A stretch of DNA of 64,000 bases from Candidatus Subterrananammoxibius californiae (GTDB taxonomy: Bacteria; Planctomycetota; Brocadiia; Brocadiales; Subterrananammoxibiaceae). Shown one piece after another: positions 58,565 to 64,000 of this stretch (positions are counted from its first letter, which is position 1; the number at the start of each line of letters is the position of its first letter). The stretch is taken from assembly GCA_030586555.1 (NCBI GenBank), contig JAURAC010000001.1, positions 32,001 to 96,000 of the forward strand, read 5' to 3'. The notes below the pieces were generated by a model. The model made no database searches. It saw nothing but the letters and a program-made list of their open reading frames with translations, and had not been told where the DNA came from. A program made the position numbers and the translations under genes.

Positions 58565-59026
58565 ATGAAAGCGAAGAAGGCGTTAATATTAGCTGTGGGG
58601 ATTTTAGTTTTTTCTGCTTTAGTTTGTCATCCTCTATGGAGTGGCTTTGCTTATGACGGAACCAAGGTTCGTCCTAATAGGCTGGTTTTTGATAAATGTA
58701 AGAAGGGGAAAAAATTTACTGTAGATGAGGATGTTTATATAAAAGCAAAAAACTTGTTCCATGACGTAGATGTATGGGTATTTATAGTGGAGAATAAATT
58801 AGGCACTTGGAACTTTGGGGACCCTATCGGTACTGACCTGGCAGACGGACCGGTAACTGTACATACCACCACGAAGGGTAAAATACCATGCACATTGATA
58901 TGGGAAAACCCTCTGACTGCCGGATTTTATGATATCGTTGTTGACGCTAACTGCGATGGTACATATAATTCGGGTGATGCTGTATTTGACCGAATCGAAG
59001 AACGTGGGCTTAAGGTCATTGATTAA
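58565..59026 (+). CDS. Secreted paralog 2
   Basis: Signal peptide; YDIVVDANCDG.YNSGDAV. Confidence 0.8.
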   Translation: MKAKKALILAVGILVFSALVCHPLWSGFAYDGTKVRPNRLVFDKCKKGKKFTVDEDVYIKAKNLFHDVDVWVFIVENKLGTWNFGDPIGTDLADGPVTVHTTTKGKIPCTLIWENPLTAGFYDIVVDANCDGTYNSGDAVFDRIEERGLKVID

Positions 59027-59186
59027 TTAATAAATAACAAATTTTCTGCCTGGCGCTTAAAGGTTTGCTTTCTCATCTCTAAGCAGTGTTAGGTTCAGGT
59101 TGCAATACCAGAAAAAGGATACGTTCAACGCTGAGACAGCAAAAATATAGCAATAGCAATAGACAGATAATGTGAAGGAGGAAAAC

Positions 59187-60206
59187 ATGCGGCATAGTAA
59201 CCATTTCTTGTTGATGTGTCTCGCTGCTATTTTGTCTGCTGCTATAATCTCTTACCCATCATATCAAACCTATGCCGCCGCTCCCCAGGTCTTTTCTGCT
59301 AAAAAAATAAACGATAAATGTAAAAAAAAGAATAACTTCGCCGTAGGCGATGAGATTTGGGCAAAGGGCAAAGGTCTTGCCAAGAACAAAGACGTAGATA
59401 TATACATTGTAGAGCAGGACGACCGCTGTTTATGGAGATTCGGCGACCCCCTCGTAGATGCCAGTGGTGGCACAGAAACAGTTACTACTAATTCAAAGGG
59501 AAAATTCGGATGTGAAAAAATCTGGAACAGTGCATTGGAAGGTAATTACGATATTATTGCTGATGTTGACCAGAACGGAGAATACAGTTCCGGCGATGCC
59601 GTGGATTCTATTGTTGTTGGAACAGGACTAAGCGTATCAGACACAGAACCGGCTACCGTTGACCCGCTTGGGCTTACCGACCTCGATGGTGATGGGACTC
59701 CAGAAACGGCATGCCTTGCAAGACAGTATTTCTTTTTGCAATTAGATGATGTTTATGCAACAGGCGAAGGGTTTCCCCCCGGCACCAATGTAGATATTTA
59801 CGTAAAAACCAATCAAGGATGGAATTTTGGCGACTCCATAGGCTCAGACGATGGCGATGGCAAAGAAACAGTAACTACAACCGTTGATGACCCTAATACT
59901 ACTGATGAAGATGAGGGGGGAGTGCTGCCGTGTACCATGATATGGGACCACACAGCAACAGCATTACCACCAGGAGAGGCGTTCGATATCGTTGTTGATG
60001 TTAACCAGGATGGTAAATATAATAATGGGGGAATAGGAGATGGGGATACTATTAATGACAGATGTTTTGAGGCGGTTTTGGACCCGGGTGACGAATTTAT
60101 CGGGGCAGGATTTAGAGTAGAGTCAACGACAACAACAACAACAACTACTACTACTACGTCTACAACATCAACGACAACGACATCAACAACGACAACAACA
60201 ATTTAA
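59187..60206 (+). CDS. Secreted paralog 3 (two domains + poly-Thr tail)
   Basis: YDIIADVDQNG and FDIVVDVNQDG; ends in STTTTTTTTTTTSTTSTTTTSTTTTTI. Confidence 0.8.
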   Translation: MRHSNHFLLMCLAAILSAAIISYPSYQTYAAAPQVFSAKKINDKCKKKNNFAVGDEIWAKGKGLAKNKDVDIYIVEQDDRCLWRFGDPLVDASGGTETVTTNSKGKFGCEKIWNSALEGNYDIIADVDQNGEYSSGDAVDSIVVGTGLSVSDTEPATVDPLGLTDLDGDGTPETACLARQYFFLQLDDVYATGEGFPPGTNVDIYVKTNQGWNFGDSIGSDDGDGKETVTTTVDDPNTTDEDEGGVLPCTMIWDHTATALPPGEAFDIVVDVNQDGKYNNGGIGDGDTINDRCFEAVLDPGDEFIGAGFRVESTTTTTTTTTTTSTTSTTTTSTTTTTI

Positions 60207-60288
60207 TATGTTAACCTGAGCAGGAATCTTAAAATAGACCAATATCAAAGATTCGTCTTATCTTTTCTGCAAAAAAAGGGGGTGGGCA

Positions 60289-60747
60289 GTGGTAAGGCTT
60301 AAAAATCTATTGAGATTGTTTGGGCTTGTGGTACCCTTCGTTTTCATTTGTTGTCATCAAGTATCATCCTATGCGTATGATGGACCAACGGTTACTTCTG
60401 CGAGAAAATACTTTACGGGATGCAGAGGGGCAAATCGCTTCGATAATGAGGATGAAGACGTTTATGCAAAGGGTAGCAAATTCTCTAAAGATACGGATGT
60501 AGATATATATGTAACAGAAAACAGGTCCTGGCAGTTTGGCGATATAATTGGTTTTTATATAGTTAACGGTTCCGTAACAGCTACTACTAATTTCAGGGGT
60601 AAGCTTAAATGCGCAAAGATATGGGAAAGCCCATTGACGCCTGGTAAATACGATATCGTTGTTGACGCCAACCAGGATGGAACATATAATCAGGGTGACG
60701 CTGTTGATGGGAGAAGTAGTAAACAGGGATTCAAGGTTGTAGATTAG
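60289..60747 (+). CDS. Secreted paralog 4
   Basis: Signal peptide; GKYDIVVDANQDGTYNQGDAVD. Confidence 0.8.
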   Translation: MVRLKNLLRLFGLVVPFVFICCHQVSSYAYDGPTVTSARKYFTGCRGANRFDNEDEDVYAKGSKFSKDTDVDIYVTENRSWQFGDIIGFYIVNGSVTATTNFRGKLKCAKIWESPLTPGKYDIVVDANQDGTYNQGDAVDGRSSKQGFKVVD

Positions 60748-60871
60748 CGCATCGGAAAACGTATCTTGAAGGTAAAGAGGGAAAAGCAATATCTGGCGCT
60801 GTTGCGTGCAATTCTATTATTATATTAATTAGAACTTTTCTACATTATTAATGAGAAAGGGGGAAGTATAC

Positions 60872-61423
60872 ATGCTATTGAAACGGGGGGTCATATCATC
60901 TTTAGGTTGTTTTGTGCTGTTGGTGGCTATTTTCTGCATCCCATTGAGCACTTACGCAGCTCCTCGGGTTATTTCGTCTAAACAACCCTGGTGCAAAAAA
61001 TGTAAATTAGGTGTTTTTCATGCCAAGGGCAAGTGCTCAGGCGGCGGTACAATAGGTATGGACCCTGTACATTATAACTTATTCAGCAGGGGTAATGATG
61101 TGTATGCAAAGGGAACGGGCTTTAATGCTCCTGCCCCTGGCTACTTAGTTGATATATATGTATTTGATGACCGGGATTGGACGCTTGGCGATACATTTGG
61201 TCCTACCCATCTTGGCGACCCTCAAAATGTCCCTGGTGATGATGTAGATACGGTTCTGGTTGGCAGTAGCGGCATAATTAACTGTGAAAGAGTATGGCTC
61301 AAACCATTAACCGGAGGCAATTACGATATCCTTGTTGATGCTAACCAGGATGGAACGTATGATGCAGGTGACGCCGTTGATGGTGAGGACGATATTGGTT
61401 TTAAGGTTAAGTTAAATAATTGA
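60872..61423 (+). CDS. Secreted paralog 5
   Basis: Signal peptide; GNYDILVDANQDGTYDAGDAVD. Confidence 0.8.
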   Translation: MLLKRGVISSLGCFVLLVAIFCIPLSTYAAPRVISSKQPWCKKCKLGVFHAKGKCSGGGTIGMDPVHYNLFSRGNDVYAKGTGFNAPAPGYLVDIYVFDDRDWTLGDTFGPTHLGDPQNVPGDDVDTVLVGSSGIINCERVWLKPLTGGNYDILVDANQDGTYDAGDAVDGEDDIGFKVKLNN

Positions 61424-61473
61424 CGCTTTGAGTAATTGTTGATGGACAGTTCTAAATCTCCCTTTTCCATTTA

Positions 61474-62388
61474 TTAAAGGGGGCTAAAGGAGGATTTGGT
61501 CATTTTCGTGGCTTCTATAGTATTCCTTAGTAACATAACAACGGTTATAGGTCCTACCCCGCCAGGTACCGGGGTGATATAGCCAGCAACTTCCTTTGCC
61601 TCGTCAAACACAACGTCCCCCACGGTTTTCATCTTCGGCTTGCCCTTTGCGTCTAATATCTGATTCCCACGCTCGTCTAACTCTGGAACACGATTTATCC
61701 CAACATCAATAACAATAGCGCCTGGTTTAACCATATTACCTCTTATAGTCTCTGGCTTGCCTGTAGCGGCAATTAGGATATCTGCCCTCTTTGTATGGAA
61801 TGATATGTCCTTTGTCCTTGTGTGACATATTGTTGGCGTAACGTGAAGGTCTAATAACATTAGGCTTACAGGCTTACCCACAATGGCGCTGCGCCCGACT
61901 ATTGTTGCCTCCGTACCAGTAAGGTTAATTCCTACAGACTTTATAAGCTCTACGGCAGCCATAGCAGTGCATGGAGCAAGCCTTGCATTCCCATAAACCA
62001 CTGCACCCATGCTAACTAAATTCATCCCCTCAACGTCCTTTGCAGGTGTAATTAAGGACTGGACCTTCTGAGCGTTAATACCCGTTGGCAGTGGCATCTG
62101 AAGTATGATACCTGTAGTTTCCTTATCAGCATTTAGTTTTTTAATATGTTCAATAAGCTGCTCTTCTATTGTATCAGGAGGAAGTTCATCCAGAGTATAT
62201 GCAACGCCAATTTCCTCACAACTCTTTTTTTGGTTTTTTACATAAAGCCGTGATGCAGGATTTCCACCCACTTGAACAGCCTTTAAATGTGGAATAGTCC
62301 CATTTTTGATAAGTGTTTCTACCTCAGCCTTTAAATCAGCCTTTAAACCTGCTGCTATTTTTTCCCCATCAATTAACTGTGCAGCCAT
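61474..62388 (-). CDS. folD: Methylenetetrahydrofolate dehydrogenase/cyclohydrolase
   Basis: GIILQMPLP, KDVEG, PCT, GRS.IVGKP, TPVPGGVGP. Confidence 0.97.
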   Translation of the reverse strand: MAAQLIDGEKIAAGLKADLKAEVETLIKNGTIPHLKAVQVGGNPASRLYVKNQKKSCEEIGVAYTLDELPPDTIEEQLIEHIKKLNADKETTGIILQMPLPTGINAQKVQSLITPAKDVEGMNLVSMGAVVYGNARLAPCTAMAAVELIKSVGINLTGTEATIVGRSAIVGKPVSLMLLDLHVTPTICHTRTKDISFHTKRADILIAATGKPETIRGNMVKPGAIVIDVGINRVPELDERGNQILDAKGKPKMKTVGDVVFDEAKEVAGYITPVPGGVGPITVVMLLRNTIEATKMTKSSFSPL

Positions 62389-62428
62389 AAGCCCTCCATT
62401 CTATTATTTGGGATTTTGGATTTGGGAT

Positions 62429-63343
62429 TTATGACAATTCAAGCATCCTTTGAATCGCTCGAAGCGCCTTTTCGGCAATATCCTTCGGAATGGTAACATG
62501 AAATTCAAGGTCTTCCAATGCCCACAGCACCTTCTCGAGGGTATTAAGTTTCATGTTGGGACATTCCGCAAGTGGCGTTACCGAAAGGAATTTTTTTCGT
62601 GGATTTTCCTTGTGCAGGCGGTGAAGGATGCCGTTTTCCGTTCCAACAATAATTGCCTCTCCGTTTACACTTACCTCTCTTGCATATTTAGCAATGCCAG
62701 TTGTGCTTGCCACGCAATCTGCAAGTGCTATAACATCGGGGGTACATTCGGGATGAACTACTATCTTTGCCCCTGGGTATTTCTCTTTAAGTCGTAAGAT
62801 ATCGCAAGCAAGTATCCTGTGGTGAGTTGGGCAATAGCCTTCCCATAAGATTATTTTCCTGCCGAGTTGTGACGCAACATAAGCGCCGAGGCTTTTATCT
62901 GGAATAAAAAGAATTTCCTCATCTTCAGGGATAGAGGATACAATTCTCTTTGCATTTGACGATGTGCAGCAAATATCGCTTTCAGCCTTTACAGCCGCCG
63001 TGGTATTAACATAGCAAACGACCTTTGCTCCGGGATGTAGTTTCTTCTTTTCTACAAGTTTATGTGCGGTAATCATTGCTGCCATTGGACAGCCTGCATG
63101 CTTATCGGGTATAAGCACCATTTTCTGAGGGCACAGGATTGCGGCAGTCTCTGCCATAAAGTGGACGCCGCAGAATACTATTACATCCGCATCCGTCTTA
63201 GCGGCTTGTTGGGAAAGACCCAGCGAATCGCCTGTAAAATCTGCAATATCCTGCACCTCTCCCCGTTGATAATTATGGGCAAGGATTATTGCATTACGCC
63301 TCTTCTTTAATTCCTTTATCTTTTCTACGAGCTTGTCTGTCAA
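62429..63343 (-). CDS. nadA: Quinolinate synthase A
   Basis: LAHNYQ, FCGVHFMAE, GCPMA, YVNT, CTSSNA, HPEC, CPNMK. Confidence 0.97.
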   Translation of the reverse strand: MTDKLVEKIKELKKRRNAIILAHNYQRGEVQDIADFTGDSLGLSQQAAKTDADVIVFCGVHFMAETAAILCPQKMVLIPDKHAGCPMAAMITAHKLVEKKKLHPGAKVVCYVNTTAAVKAESDICCTSSNAKRIVSSIPEDEEILFIPDKSLGAYVASQLGRKIILWEGYCPTHHRILACDILRLKEKYPGAKIVVHPECTPDVIALADCVASTTGIAKYAREVSVNGEAIIVGTENGILHRLHKENPRKKFLSVTPLAECPNMKLNTLEKVLWALEDLEFHVTIPKDIAEKALRAIQRMLELS

Positions 63344-63365
63344 TACTGCTCCTCTTTTATCGTTA

Positions 63366-63413
63366 CCCCCTCCCTCACCCTCCCCCCTTGAGGGGGAGGG
63401 ATGGGATAAGGGG
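63366..63413. repeat. CCCTCACCCTCCCCC..GGGGGAGGG palindromic repeat
   Basis: Related copies at 22260-22292, 27298-27337 and 38302-38349. Confidence 0.7.
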
Positions 63414-63565
63414 TGCTTCCTTTACAAATAGATTCGCTCACTACGAAATTATATAGTAGCAAATAAATACGTTTTTGTGCAAACTTTTTTTCAAGAAAGG
63501 TAAGGAAATACTCTTTACAATAAATACCTGTGTTGATATAAATAGATAAAGAAGAGGGGGTAACA

Positions 63566-64000
63566 ATGGATGTCTTGCAGGCAATAAAGGCACGCAGGAG
63601 CGTACGAAGGTTTCTTCGCAAGGAAATTTCTAAAGAAATACTGGATACATTTGTGGATGCCATTATCTGGGCACCAAGCGCGGGAAATCTGCAAAGCAGG
63701 GAGTTTTATTTTGTATTTAATCAACAGATTAAGGAAAGGCTTGTGGATGCCGCATGGGGACAGGATTTTATTGCACAAGCGCCCTTATGTATTGTTGGTT
63801 GCGCCGACTTGCGTATAAAAAATCATTATGGCAGTAGGGGCTCTGAGTTGTATACTATTCAAGATGTTTCCGCAAGCATTCAAAACCTCTTACTTGAGGC
63901 ACAGGAGCAGGGGCTTGCAAGCGTATGGGTTGGAGCCTTTGAGGAGGCAGAGGTCTCGGAAATCCTGAATCTTCCGAAATATTTAAGACCCATTGCTATT
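63566..64000 (+). CDS. Nitroreductase family protein (partial, runs off the window)
   Basis: MDVLQAIKARRSVR.F, APSAGNLQ, QNLLL.A...GL.S.WVGAF. Confidence 0.9.
   Translation, partial: MDVLQAIKARRSVRRFLRKEISKEILDTFVDAIIWAPSAGNLQSREFYFVFNQQIKERLVDAAWGQDFIAQAPLCIVGCADLRIKNHYGSRGSELYTIQDVSASIQNLLLEAQEQGLASVWVGAFEEAEVSEILNLPKYLRPIAI

Overview
A 64-kb chromosomal segment, by inference from a Planctomycetota / Ca. Brocadiales-like (anammox-related) bacterium. It carries housekeeping genes (LptC/LptA-like, cobA-hemD, leuB, amt, purD, tRNA-fMet, proC, lysS, hom, polyprenyl synthase, polX, pmtA-like, dacB, serA, folD, nadA), two chemoreceptors with sigma-28-like promoters, and three tandem GT-C glycosyltransferases. 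Several small accessory inserts are present: an Abi_C protein, a SAMHD1-like HD protein with a small partner next to the tRNA, and toxin-antitoxin clusters. The most unusual signals are: (1) a 15-bp palindrome TCCG-CCTNAGG-CGGA, found about 16 times, mostly in frame inside genes and oriented with transcription; (2) heavy colonisation by several REP-like and heptamer repeat families that nest in each other and sit in frame in enzymes; (3) a single-gene cassette bounded by identical perfect 42-bp palindromes; (4) two cases of a displaced, duplicated gene 3' end beyond about 1 kb of cargo; (5) a TA cluster in which toxins are destroyed but antitoxins are kept; (6) an MCP with a tandem-duplicated signalling domain; (7) a five-gene array of paralogous secreted proteins with a DxNxDG motif. 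No CRISPR array, rRNA, integrase or transposase was seen. All family assignments are by-eye motif recognition, not database searches.
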